Notes under the pieces: model-generated
The model's database searches: none
The model's input: the letters and a program-made list of their open reading frames with translations, nothing else
Told to the model about the DNA's origin: nothing
Position numbers and translations under genes: made by a program
From: a virus
Virus record (IMG/VR): IMGVR_UViG_3300022745_000018
Coordinates: 107,910 to 171,909 of that record
DNA: 64,000 nt
Direction: 5' to 3' (one strand)
Shown here: positions 7,821 to 17,552 of the stretch, in pieces
Layout: every line of letters starts with the position of its first letter
How positions within the stretch are numbered: the stretch's first letter is position 1

Positions 7821-10616
7821 TTACGAATAGTTTCTATCGACAACTAAACTAACTGGTATCGTTGAATTTGTTGTCGTGAGGGCCAGGTTGCGAATATAGT
7901 AAGGTACATACCCGGCTTTAATGAAACCTACATCGATGTTCTGAGTACCAGAATATGTATATGTATACGAAGACGTTGAATTTGCATCCACGCTCGCAAG
8001 AATTGTTGTCGTGCCACTTGATAAGATCACGACATCGCACCCAGTTGGTAAACCAGTGAACGTTACTGTGTTGGAGTCAAGCGCATAGTAATTAGCTTGC
8101 GCGGTTGCCGTTGAAATGGTATTGACATAGAACGATGTGATCGCCGTGGTATTGGTGACGGTCGTTGTTATCTTTAGACGCAACTTCACGCCTTTTGTTG
8201 GATCTAATACACCCAAGCCGTTGAGTGCTGTACCAAGTGTCGTTGCTGTGTAGTTGGCTGTAGTCATTGTTGACCAACCAACGCCATCGTTTTTATCTAC
8301 AGAGAAGTTGTAGTTATAGTTAGTTGCAGTACCACCAGCCATGACCGCTGCTGAGTTGGTGAATTGTGTATGACCGAGGGCATAGTACAGCATTTCAAAG
8401 GTTGCAGTTTGCCCGATGGTTGGCATGTATAGACCGCCAGCTGCAGTGAACGCAGAACCATTTGTCAACGCAACTTGCGAAGCAGTCGCCGTTGTCGCCT
8501 CATTCATTAGAATCGCAATTCTACCAGTTGTGGTTGCGGTGAAATGATCAAACCAATGTGTCCCGTACACGGCAGTTTGTGCAGCGTATGTAGGTGTAGA
8601 ACCACAACCGCGCGTCGTCATATTCAACATACTATTAACCGGGGCATCAGCATAATCACCCATACAATTATCCGAGAAGATAAATGTTGATGAGTTGTCA
8701 CCAGAATATAAATTCGTCCTCGTCCCTGAACAGAACAACCTTTGCATATAGATATATGAAGCAGCGGCACCAGCGCCGATGGCGCAAACAGTACCAGTCT
8801 GATTCACAGAACCCAAAGATAATTGAGACAATGGGGAAGTCCCAATATTGCGTAATTTGATCCTAGTGCAACCAGCAGCGTTGATTGATAGAATGGCGGT
8901 ATAAGGATGAGCATCAGCTAAACCACCGAAAGTTAAGCCATCAAACATGCAATCTGACGTAGCTAAGGCAGTCTCCCATACTGACATTGGGTTTGTTATT
9001 GCTGTTGCTACACCGGAATCGTAATACACTGCATTAGTGAACTTTAGATTATTACATGCCGTTAATAGATATCTTCCATGACCTATCACTGGCTTCGTCC
9101 AAGTGCACGATCCCACACGAGTTAGCGTTGCGCAACCAGTCGTCGCATTGGCTCTAATGACAAATGAGAATTCTTTACACGAATTGAAGTTAAACCCCGT
9201 CATGTCGGATAAGGATGACACGTATCTACCAGCAAGTGCAAGTGTAGCTGACGTGAAGACGCAGCCATTAAAATCACCACCAGCGAAACACAGAGACATC
9301 AGTAAACCGAATTGAGCATTAGCTGCTTCTTGTCCAACAGCAACACGATATATCTTCATTGGCTGAGCGATCTCAGATAGAGACAATTGTGTAGCCACTG
9401 CAGCAAATCTCATCTCTACTGAGTACGACTGGCTGAATGACGGATACCAATTCAATAGTACCTTGTTCATCTTAGTCACTCCACCACCGGTAGTAGTAAA
9501 GTCAAATCGCGTCGCTAATGTTGCGTTCGGTAAAACGTTAGCGGTTCTAGCAGCCGTCGTATTATTTGCCGTAATGATGTTAGGGATTCTAACTCTTCTA
9601 CCCGATGTAGGTACATAACCAACAGTGTTTGTACCGTCGGAACCAAATCTCAGAACGCCAGCGGTAGATACCCAACAGACTTTTCCACGAACCGCATCCG
9701 TTGGTGTAGACGCAGCAGCCAAAAGAGAACCTGCACATGGGTATGCTTCAGGCACAACAGCTGAACCGCCGGAAACATATGTGCCTGGATTTGCACTGGT
9801 GACGGTGAATGATGTAGATGTCACTGCGGTGATTTCTAAATCAGCTACGTTGTACCCAGATGGTGAAGCACCAGTCACGGTGACTTCGTCTCCGACTAAG
9901 AATGTGTTGCTTGAACACTGGTATGTGATGGAACCACCGGAATATGAAGCACCAGTGATAGTGACCACATCTGAATCGACATAGACGGCTGGGTAATACT
10001 GAATACCACCGTTAGTCGGTAATTGATATGTTGTTGTTGATAGACCAGATGTCGTACCGGCTGAATACCATGCACCATAGATCTCAACTGAACCGAGGCG
10101 GTTCACTATGAACCCAGCCGACTCATCACCATTTACTTCAATGAATCCAATTGTGGGTGCACCAGAAATAGTGAATGTGAAACCTGCCTGTGTGAATGTG
10201 CCACTTGATGGCAATGTGCCAGAAACATTGGTGACTTTAAGGAAACCTGTTGCCACACCTGTTAAAACTGGAGCAACGTTGACGGCTGAATATAAACCGA
10301 TTGTGTTTGCAGTTGTCGTGGATAAAGTAATTGGCGCACCTGCGGTCAATGAACCAGAACCAGCAGTGAATGGGATCAACCAGACCTTCGTTGCATCGAT
10401 GATAAACTTACCACCCTTTGATGCATTGATGGTAATGTTCCCCCATGTTGTTGAAGTAGTGCCGCCTAAACCATACCGGCTATCCTGATCTTGAGTGACA
10501 GTCCAACCGTTCGTATCAATAGTGTCACCGCCAGTTCTAGCAGTAGCGACACCCCAAATTGCGGCATTACCTACATCTCGTAGGGTACCGTTGCCGGCCA
10601 TGGTAAAAGCAGTCAT
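7821..10616 (-). CDS. Large beta-rich virion protein (tail fibre/spike-like, probable beta-helix)
   Basis: 931 aa, T/G/A/S-rich, ends DRNYS. Confidence 0.65.
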   Translation of the reverse strand: MTAFTMAGNGTLRDVGNAAIWGVATARTGGDTIDTNGWTVTQDQDSRYGLGGTTSTTWGNITINASKGGKFIIDATKVWLIPFTAGSGSLTAGAPITLSTTTANTIGLYSAVNVAPVLTGVATGFLKVTNVSGTLPSSGTFTQAGFTFTISGAPTIGFIEVNGDESAGFIVNRLGSVEIYGAWYSAGTTSGLSTTTYQLPTNGGIQYYPAVYVDSDVVTITGASYSGGSITYQCSSNTFLVGDEVTVTGASPSGYNVADLEITAVTSTSFTVTSANPGTYVSGGSAVVPEAYPCAGSLLAAASTPTDAVRGKVCWVSTAGVLRFGSDGTNTVGYVPTSGRRVRIPNIITANNTTAARTANVLPNATLATRFDFTTTGGGVTKMNKVLLNWYPSFSQSYSVEMRFAAVATQLSLSEIAQPMKIYRVAVGQEAANAQFGLLMSLCFAGGDFNGCVFTSATLALAGRYVSSLSDMTGFNFNSCKEFSFVIRANATTGCATLTRVGSCTWTKPVIGHGRYLLTACNNLKFTNAVYYDSGVATAITNPMSVWETALATSDCMFDGLTFGGLADAHPYTAILSINAAGCTRIKLRNIGTSPLSQLSLGSVNQTGTVCAIGAGAAASYIYMQRLFCSGTRTNLYSGDNSSTFIFSDNCMGDYADAPVNSMLNMTTRGCGSTPTYAAQTAVYGTHWFDHFTATTTGRIAILMNEATTATASQVALTNGSAFTAAGGLYMPTIGQTATFEMLYYALGHTQFTNSAAVMAGGTATNYNYNFSVDKNDGVGWSTMTTANYTATTLGTALNGLGVLDPTKGVKLRLKITTTVTNTTAITSFYVNTISTATAQANYYALDSNTVTFTGLPTGCDVVILSSGTTTILASVDANSTSSYTYTYSGTQNIDVGFIKAGYVPYYIRNLALTTTNSTIPVSLVVDRNYS

Positions 10617-10620
10617 CTAA

Positions 10621-10848
10621 TTAACCTAAAAGAATCGCGAAATTTTGATCTATGAGTTTAGCATCAATAAGTATAGCAGATTGGTCGATCAAAGACAGTT
10701 CCTTTAAGAACTCTTCGATGTATGAGAACTGACTCGTCTGAATCCAATTATTGACATTCGTCTCGTTCATATCAGTGATGCTTGATGTGATATACGACCA
10801 ATCCAATTGAATCCAACCGTCTGGAAAAACTAACAGAATGTCACTCAT
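10621..10848 (-). CDS. Hypothetical protein
   Basis: Coupled ORF in late cluster. Confidence 0.55.
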   Translation of the reverse strand: MSDILLVFPDGWIQLDWSYITSSITDMNETNVNNWIQTSQFSYIEEFLKELSLIDQSAILIDAKLIDQNFAILLG

Positions 10849-11042
10849 TTCTCAACCCTCGCATAAATGCCATACGAACGCAGCTCAGTGAGCAGCAGTG
10901 AATCTGGATTTTCCAGAGATAGAGAAAGTTCTACACCCTTTGCAGTCGACTTGTACTTTATTGATGTTACCCCAGGAAGCACCTTACCTTTCCAGTAAAA
11001 ATACTTCCCAACTATTGCATAATTATTACTTACAATGTTCAT
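10845..11042 (-). CDS. Hypothetical protein
   Basis: GGAGG RBS and ATTAAATT motif upstream. Confidence 0.6.
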   Translation of the reverse strand: MNIVSNNYAIVGKYFYWKGKVLPGVTSIKYKSTAKGVELSLSLENPDSLLLTELRSYGIYARVEK

Positions 11043-11082
11043 TCAACCTCCCTGTTGATTACAATTGAATTTAATCAAGGGA

Positions 11083-11817
11083 TTATGAATATGTGTACGA
11101 CGATCTATCGGTCCAACGGCATAAGAAGTCAGATGAGCCGTTCGCCCATGTTTCTGTTACATCACCTTCGGCATTTATCAGGATTTTGCGAATTCTCCAT
11201 GAAGGGGAACCCTCGGCTGTTCCGGGAGCAGCTTCTCCTTTATAAAGCAGTTCGTCGCTCACAGTATCAATTCTCTTTGAATATAACATTTCTTCCTCTG
11301 ATGTAGATGATCCTGGTGTTTGGTAGATGAACTTTCGTTTAGATGACGACCAGACCAAAGTCTGACCGTCCATTGGATTACCTACAACATCATCCATTCG
11401 TGTGATCTGGACTTCACCAGAACCTACACCGGATATCATGGTGGGTATCGACTTCACGTCTCGTTCAATCATCTGAAGTTGACGGCGAAGAACCTCAAGT
11501 TCATCCTTCAGTTTCTTTACACTATCGTTGGCGATAGCATCGGTTTCATTGGCTGTCTTTTCAAGTTTTTCCTGAACATCCGCGACAGCTTCTTCAAGTT
11601 GAGATTCTAGAGTTTTTACTAATTCGACAACAGTTTCTTTACCAATTGGTTTAGAAGCTTCTTTTACTTTCTTGGCTTCTTTTACTGTATCAAATAACTC
11701 AGATAGTAAAGGACCTACACTTTCTTTCTTCCGCTCTAATTCCGCTGCTTCTTTTGCAGCTTTTTCTTCATTTGCTTTTTTGATTAAAGCAGCGAAATCT
11801 TTTAACTTTTCTGTCAT
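11083..11817 (-). CDS. Coiled-coil protein with C-terminal structural-type domain
   Basis: K/E-rich N-terminus, GSGEVQITRMDDV motif, C-terminal YKGEAAPG...WRIRKI...WTDRSSYTYS. Confidence 0.6.
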   Translation of the reverse strand: MTEKLKDFAALIKKANEEKAAKEAAELERKKESVGPLLSELFDTVKEAKKVKEASKPIGKETVVELVKTLESQLEEAVADVQEKLEKTANETDAIANDSVKKLKDELEVLRRQLQMIERDVKSIPTMISGVGSGEVQITRMDDVVGNPMDGQTLVWSSSKRKFIYQTPGSSTSEEEMLYSKRIDTVSDELLYKGEAAPGTAEGSPSWRIRKILINAEGDVTETWANGSSDFLCRWTDRSSYTYS

Positions 11818-11819
11818 AG

Positions 11820-12434
11820 TTATTCGTTAAGGATAAAGGTTGTTGAATCTAACGGTTCAGCAATTCCCTTATTCATTTTTCTGTATTCTATCAAAGACTT
11901 CATTCTTGATTTAGTTTCTTCTGCCGAAAACCAAATCTCTACACCTTTACTAATATCAGCAAGCTCTTCGTCTGTTAGAAAACCAGAATAAGTCTTTCTT
12001 TCGATGTTTCTCCAGATTTCATGAAAACTATTGGCATTCTTCTTTACATTAGTCACATGACTAACCGGTGGACTGTAATGAGCAGAATGACACATTATCG
12101 CTGCAGAGTCAGTAATAGTCACTTTGTCTGAATTCAACATTATCAATGTACCAGCTGACATACATTCGCCTTCGATGATAGAATGAATTTTGGCTTTAGA
12201 CCTATTCATTGCCTCAATGATACCCAAAGCAGCATATACATTGCCACCTTCTGTATTGATGTAGAAAATGACCTCATCATTTTCTGTGGCGGTGTTCAAT
12301 AGATGCTTCAGCTGTCTGTAATGGCTGGCTCCGACGATCGGTTCGTCCAGAAAGACATGATACTGCTTATTGACGTTTTCATGGATTTCGATGTACCCAT
12401 CAGTGGATTCTTCGTCTTCGTACTCTTCTGCCAT
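11820..12434 (-). CDS. ClpP-like (S14) serine protease
   Basis: YINTEGGNV oxyanion motif, CMSAGTLI (catalytic Ser), IMCH (catalytic His), EIWFSAEE. Confidence 0.85.
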   Translation of the reverse strand: MAEEYEDEESTDGYIEIHENVNKQYHVFLDEPIVGASHYRQLKHLLNTATENDEVIFYINTEGGNVYAALGIIEAMNRSKAKIHSIIEGECMSAGTLIMLNSDKVTITDSAAIMCHSAHYSPPVSHVTNVKKNANSFHEIWRNIERKTYSGFLTDEELADISKGVEIWFSAEETKSRMKSLIEYRKMNKGIAEPLDSTTFILNE

Positions 12435-12573
12435 CGTTCAACTCCTAGTCCATGAATTTAATCACATCCAGCATCATCAAATCATGAAAATATTTGTAAC
12501 TAAGTGTAACAAACTATCATCAAAATCATCCAAAGCCATATCCAGATTCACTTTCGATGCTCGCTAAAAAAAT

Positions 12574-12602
12574 TTTACATTTCTTGAAGCACTCGTTATA
12601 AT
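12574..12602 (+). promoter_or_regulatory. Sigma70-like promoter, class A
   Basis: A-tract + TTTACA-17nt-TATAAT. Confidence 0.8.
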
Positions 12603-12965
12603 ATTCATATAGAAGCCCTAAAAGTGATCTATTTTCGCTGCGCTCAAAGAGATCGTGTTCTAAATCTATGAGACTTGAATGATATCTAGAACTGTACTAG
12701 ATGTCGTAATAGACCTATAACTAATGAAATTGCATGCGTAGCATGCAAATGTGCGTAGCACATTCATAGATCTCATCTGTAATTATGAATATCTTAAAGA
12801 ATATCTAGACGCGTACATGCATGCGCGTAGAGAATCAACGATCCAGTGTTTCCAGACACTCCAGAAGATCATACCAATGGTATCCAACAGACAAGTACTA
12901 TTGAAGTGAATCCAGATGCATCCAGATGTTACTACAGTCCATATCATCTGATAGTATGGATGTAG

Positions 12966-12973
12966 ATTAAATT
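12966..12973 (+). promoter_or_regulatory. Putative gp55-dependent late promoter (ATTAAATT variant)
   Basis: Same motif upstream of other late genes at 6419-6426, 11068-11075, 12455-12462, 27781-27788, 36719-36726 and 36746-36753. Confidence 0.55.
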
Positions 12974-12978
12974 TATTC

Positions 12979-13455
12979 ATGAAATCCGTCAAACGAAAGT
13001 CCAGATACAAACAAGGTGTCTATAATCCAAAGTACCCAGAAAAGTATCAAGGTACAGTACCAATCATCTACAGATCATCCTGGGAGAAACGGTTCATGGT
13101 TTACTTAGACTTAGAACCATCAGTCATTCTATGGGCATCTGAGTCATTAGTAGTTCCATACATCAGTCCAGTAGATAACAGACCACATCGTTATTTCGTT
13201 GACTTTTTGGCTCAAATGAAAAGAAAAGATGGTTCAGTGAAAAATTATGCAATTGAATTGAAACCTAAAAAAGAAATGATGGAACCAAAGCAACCAAAAA
13301 AGATTCCCAGAGATGCAAAGAAGATTGAACGTTTGATCACAGAAGCAAATACCTATTCAGTCAATAAAGCAAAATGGGAAGCTGCTGACGAATATTGCAG
13401 AAAAAGAAACGTGACTTTCATTGTCCTAAATGAAGAAGATATTGGAATAGTATGA
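12979..13455 (+). CDS. 4: Head completion nuclease gp4 (TnsA-like)
   Basis: YRSSWE, WASE..VPYISPVDNRPHRYFVDF, ELKP, NKAKWEAA. Confidence 0.93.
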   Translation: MKSVKRKSRYKQGVYNPKYPEKYQGTVPIIYRSSWEKRFMVYLDLEPSVILWASESLVVPYISPVDNRPHRYFVDFLAQMKRKDGSVKNYAIELKPKKEMMEPKQPKKIPRDAKKIERLITEANTYSVNKAKWEAADEYCRKRNVTFIVLNEEDIGIV

Positions 13456-14075
13456 ATCAGCAAAACAGAAACCAGTCGATCTTTGAACAGATTAAGCAGA
13501 ATCCAGATTTTCATCAGAAGAATGCCATCAATTGGTTTAAGAAGATCATCAAAGAATTGGGTGATTACGATAAAGCAGCTTTACTTAGGACTACGAAAGA
13601 CATTCAGACATCCAGACTTTTTCCTGGTGCAATGAACTTTTATGTATATGATCCAAAGACAAAAGAGAAATTGCCCTATTATGACAAATTCCCGTTGGTT
13701 CTGATAATTGGGATTACTGATAAGGGATTCTCTGGTATCAATTTCCATTACTTACCAATACCAATCAGAATCAAATTGTATGAAAAGATTGATGCTCTGT
13801 CGAAGATGAAGAAGTATTCTCAGCAAAGGATTCTTCAATTGACTTGGGAAACCTTATTGAATGCGTCGAGATTCCCTGAGGTTAGACCGGCAATCAAACA
13901 GTACTTGTTTGGTCACATCAGATCACGAATCATCAAAGTTCCGTTAGAAGACTGGAAGACAGCTCTGATGTTGCCTAACGAGGACTTCGCTAAAGTATCC
14001 ACCGCTACAGTTCATCGCATCTCTGCTGCATCATTGTCAAGAAGACCATCGAGACGTGCTAAAGGTAGACTGTGA
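13452..14075 (+). CDS. 2: DNA end protector protein gp2
   Basis: YDPKTKEKLPYYDKFPL, GINFHYLP, IKQYLFGHIRS. Confidence 0.92.
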   Translation: MNQQNRNQSIFEQIKQNPDFHQKNAINWFKKIIKELGDYDKAALLRTTKDIQTSRLFPGAMNFYVYDPKTKEKLPYYDKFPLVLIIGITDKGFSGINFHYLPIPIRIKLYEKIDALSKMKKYSQQRILQLTWETLLNASRFPEVRPAIKQYLFGHIRSRIIKVPLEDWKTALMLPNEDFAKVSTATVHRISAASLSRRPSRRAKGRL

Positions 14076-14083
14076 ACTAAAAT

Positions 14084-14112
14084 TTTACATTTGAATTTGT
14101 GGTAGTTATAAT
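14084..14112 (+). promoter_or_regulatory. Sigma70-like promoter, class A, for gp55-gp47-gp46
   Basis: AAAAT-TTTACA-17nt-TATAAT. Confidence 0.8.
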
Positions 14113-14138
14113 TGAATTATTTGTGAAACTCTTTATCA

Positions 14139-14765
14139 ATGTCGTACGTAAAAAACAAAGATCTATATGAAGCTTATGTTGCATTCAAACGCGACATTAA
14201 AGAAGCTGAATCAAACGGCGAACCTCTACCACCAATTCCAAGATTCATTGCTGAATCGTTCACGAAGATTGCGACCAAGCTATCGCATAGTTACAATTTC
14301 GTGAACTATCCATATAGGGATGAGATGATTGCTGAGGCGGTCTTGAAGTGCGTCAAGAAGGCATACAAGTTTGATCCAGATGCTTCACAGAATCCATTTG
14401 CGTACTATATGCAGACATGCTGGAACGAATTTCTTGTAGTGATCAAGCGAGAGCAAAAAGAGACATCAATCAAAGCAAAGATGCTCCGCAATACGGATAT
14501 GTCAGTCTATGCAGAGCATGCTCAACATGATGATGAGGGTGGTAATGCATTCGTCGAGTTCCTGAAGGAAAACGATGTCTATGTCGATTACATTGAACAA
14601 TCGAAGCAGAATAGAGCTGAAAAGAATTCCACTGGTCAACTCCATCCGTCTTTGCGCCATCGTAACCTAACTCCTTATAAAAAGAAGGAAGCTGTTGTTA
14701 CTGAAGTAGTTCCTCCGGTTATTGACGATGATGACATTGTTGATCTATGGGGGAGTGATGAATGA
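14139..14765 (+). CDS. 55: Late transcription sigma factor gp55
   Basis: YVKNKDLY, KIATKLS..NFVNYPYRDEMI, FDP..SQNPFAYY.Q; acidic C-terminal tail. Confidence 0.92.
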   Translation: MSYVKNKDLYEAYVAFKRDIKEAESNGEPLPPIPRFIAESFTKIATKLSHSYNFVNYPYRDEMIAEAVLKCVKKAYKFDPDASQNPFAYYMQTCWNEFLVVIKREQKETSIKAKMLRNTDMSVYAEHAQHDDEGGNAFVEFLKENDVYVDYIEQSKQNRAEKNSTGQLHPSLRHRNLTPYKKKEAVVTEVVPPVIDDDDIVDLWGSDE

Positions 14766-15820
14766 CGAAAGCTATCGTTCTGGGTGACACTCATTGGGGT
14801 GCGAACAACGATTCAACTGTGATGCACTCCCATTTTGAGAAGTTCTACAAAGAACTTTTTGAATATGTTGATCTCCACAAAATCAAACACGTCATTCAAA
14901 CCGGTGATCTGTTTGACAAACGCAAAGCAGTCAATTTCTTGACATTGCAGAGATCGAACGAACAGTTCTTTAAACCCTTGCAAGATAGGGGCATGTCACT
15001 TTATGTGATTGCTGGTAATCACGATTGTACATATAAGAATACCAATTCAATCAATTCGGTGAATCTGCTGGTCAACAAACCTCAGATGTACGCTGTTACT
15101 CAATATCCAGCGACGCTTATGGTTGGAGATCAAATGGTTGATTTCTTTCCATGGGTGAATGAATCGAACATCAAAGAAACGCTTGAGAAGGCATCGTCGC
15201 CATCATCGAAGATTGCTGTTGGACATTTCGAATTCTCATCGTTCCCAATGTATCCCGGTATCATGGCCGATGCTGGTATGAACCACAAACTGTTTGAGAA
15301 ATACACTTCGGTTTATTCTGGTCATTATCATACAATTTCCACTAAGGACAACATTGTCTACACCGGGATTCCGTATGAATTGACTTGGGGTGATTACGAC
15401 GATCCTAAGGGCTTCTGGGTGGTTGACTTGGCGAAGCCCAAGAACAAACCGAAATTCATTGAGAATAAGAATACTCTGTTCGTCAAAATTCAGTATGACG
15501 ATTCTATTGAGAACGGAGTACCAGATGTCGATGTTGAGAACAAATATGTAAAAGTCTATGTCGTCTCAAAGAACGACCAATATCAGTTCGATAGTTACAT
15601 CGCGAACCTTTCAGCAAAGAAGCCCTATAACATCCAAGTTATAGATGTTGATGTAGCCAATGCAGTTCAAGATGCTCTTGCTGCAAAGGCTGAATTCAAA
15701 TCAACGATTGACATGATAAACCATGTTGTGGATCAGATGGATATGAATGTGGACAAACAGAAATTGAAAACGATGATCACAGAAGTGTATAGTGAAGCCA
15801 TGGAGATGGTGTCTCTATGA
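14762..15820 (+). CDS. 47: Recombination nuclease subunit gp47 (Mre11/SbcD-like)
   Basis: GDTHWG, GDLFD, GNHD, GH.E and SGHYH metallophosphoesterase motifs. Confidence 0.95.
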   Translation: MTKAIVLGDTHWGANNDSTVMHSHFEKFYKELFEYVDLHKIKHVIQTGDLFDKRKAVNFLTLQRSNEQFFKPLQDRGMSLYVIAGNHDCTYKNTNSINSVNLLVNKPQMYAVTQYPATLMVGDQMVDFFPWVNESNIKETLEKASSPSSKIAVGHFEFSSFPMYPGIMADAGMNHKLFEKYTSVYSGHYHTISTKDNIVYTGIPYELTWGDYDDPKGFWVVDLAKPKNKPKFIENKNTLFVKIQYDDSIENGVPDVDVENKYVKVYVVSKNDQYQFDSYIANLSAKKPYNIQVIDVDVANAVQDALAAKAEFKSTIDMINHVVDQMDMNVDKQKLKTMITEVYSEAMEMVSL

Positions 15821-17541
15821 TCTTAAAGAAAGTGCGTGGCAAGAACTTTTTCAACATCGGCAATGCCTTTCTTGAATTTGATATCGCAAAACATCATACA
15901 GCGGTCGTTGGTGGCAAGAACGGATCTGGTAAAAGTTCTTTGGTGAACATGATCACGTTTGCTCTATTCAATCAGACAATCAAGAATGTTACGAAACCAC
16001 AAATCGTTAATTCAGTAAATGGTAAGAACTGTTTAGTTGAGATTGAATTCAGTGCCAATGGTAAAGAATATTTAGTTCGCCGTGGGGTGAAGCCAAACGT
16101 CTTTGAGATCATTGAAGATGGTGTTGCACTGAATCAATCTGCTGCTACTGATTTTCAAGAGATGTTGGAGAAGACGATCCTGAAGACAAACTTCAAGACA
16201 TTCTCTCAGACTTCCGTTCTATCAGTTGAGAATTACAAACCGTTCATGTCAATGCGAGCTTATGAGCGTCGCCAATTTGTTGAAGATATTCTGGACATCC
16301 GCGTCTTCACATTCATGAATCAGATTGTGAAACAAAGATTGACGAAGTCTAAAGAAGAACTGAAAATCTTGGACATCAAGCTAACCTCTTCAAAAGAAAA
16401 GGCAATGCTGCAGAAGAAACATTTAGACCGTTTGCAGAACTTGGTAGATGAATCAACTGCAGAACAGAGTTCCAAGTTGCAAGAACTAACTACTCAACGA
16501 GATTCAAAAGCAGCATTAGTCCTTAGTATGTCCAGTGAAGTTGACGTGTCAGCCAAGGAACTTAGCAGCCTTTCGTCGCGGGCATCTGAAATCAACAATA
16601 CTCAGACGAAGATCAATAAGATTGTTGGTGCAATTGAGAAAATTTCTAGCGACATTGAATCTCTTCACGAAACGGGCAACTGTCCTACATGCAAACAGGA
16701 CATTTCCGATGCCCCAATCTTCGAAGAAATGGAGAACAATCGTAGTCGTCTGAAGCGGATGATGTCTGATCTATCTGAAACGATCAAGGATGGCGACGAC
16801 GTGTTTGCTAGAGTGAAGACTCTATCAGAAGTCATCTCATCTACCGAATCTAAAATCTTCTTAAACCAAGAGGCCGTCATTTCATTAGACGAAGAGATTC
16901 AGAAACTATTGGATACCGATTCATCCAAGATCAATTCAAAAATCAACGAAATTGCTGAACTGAAATCGGATCTGAGAATCGTTGCTAAAGAAGTGTTAGA
17001 TCTTAGAGCAAGACAGTCCGAAATCAAGACGGACTTTGATTATTTGGACACGATGATTGAACTGTTTAAGGACACTGGCGTGAAATCCAAAATCGTTTCA
17101 CAGTACATCCCTATCATCAATCAGACTATCAACGAATACTTGGACAAATTAGACTTCTTCGTCTCGTTTGAACTCGATGAGAATTTTTCTGAGGTCATTA
17201 AGTCGCGCCATCGTGATAACTTCTCATATGATAGCTTTTCAGCTGGTGAGAAACAGCGCATCGATTTGGCCCTGATGTTTACATTTAGGAAACTTGCGGC
17301 CATCCGCAATTCCATTCAATGCAACATGCTGTTTTTAGACGAACTGATGGATGCATCGATGGATGCCGCTGGAATCGAATCTATGCTAAAGATATTTGAT
17401 GCCCCAGAACTCCGGCAGTCAAACATTATAGTTATATCACATAGGAATCGCGATGTGCTAGAGGATGCATTCGAGGGCTCCTACGAGGTATATCGTGAGC
17501 AAGGCTTCTCGCAGATTCGAGATGTCAACGAATCTAAGTGA
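15817..17541 (+). CDS. 46: Recombination ATPase subunit gp46 (Rad50/SbcC-like)
   Basis: GKNGSGKS Walker A, CPTC zinc hook, FSAGEKQRIDL signature, LFLDE Walker B. Confidence 0.95.
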   Translation: MILKKVRGKNFFNIGNAFLEFDIAKHHTAVVGGKNGSGKSSLVNMITFALFNQTIKNVTKPQIVNSVNGKNCLVEIEFSANGKEYLVRRGVKPNVFEIIEDGVALNQSAATDFQEMLEKTILKTNFKTFSQTSVLSVENYKPFMSMRAYERRQFVEDILDIRVFTFMNQIVKQRLTKSKEELKILDIKLTSSKEKAMLQKKHLDRLQNLVDESTAEQSSKLQELTTQRDSKAALVLSMSSEVDVSAKELSSLSSRASEINNTQTKINKIVGAIEKISSDIESLHETGNCPTCKQDISDAPIFEEMENNRSRLKRMMSDLSETIKDGDDVFARVKTLSEVISSTESKIFLNQEAVISLDEEIQKLLDTDSSKINSKINEIAELKSDLRIVAKEVLDLRARQSEIKTDFDYLDTMIELFKDTGVKSKIVSQYIPIINQTINEYLDKLDFFVSFELDENFSEVIKSRHRDNFSYDSFSAGEKQRIDLALMFTFRKLAAIRNSIQCNMLFLDELMDASMDAAGIESMLKIFDAPELRQSNIIVISHRNRDVLEDAFEGSYEVYREQGFSQIRDVNESK

Positions 17542-17552
17542 TCGATTACGGT

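Larger units (their letters stand above)
12435..12978. other. Non-coding divergence region, candidate replication origin or regulatory DNA
   Basis: No credible ORF; promoter at 12574-12602, tandem GC-GTA-GC hairpins at 12730-12764, palindromes, phased TCCAGA repeats. Confidence 0.45.

Noticed and set aside
12841-12930. Possible mini-CRISPR array
   Set aside because: Repeats are only 6-8 nt with ~10-bp spacing; no 25-40-nt repeat-spacer structure and no cas genes
12783-13010. 75-aa minus-strand ORF
   Set aside because: Overlaps the gp4 start and the repeat/palindrome region; no recognisable protein features
12979-13455. TnsA-like nuclease as a transposon gene
   Set aside because: Sequence and position next to gp2 identify it as head completion protein gp4
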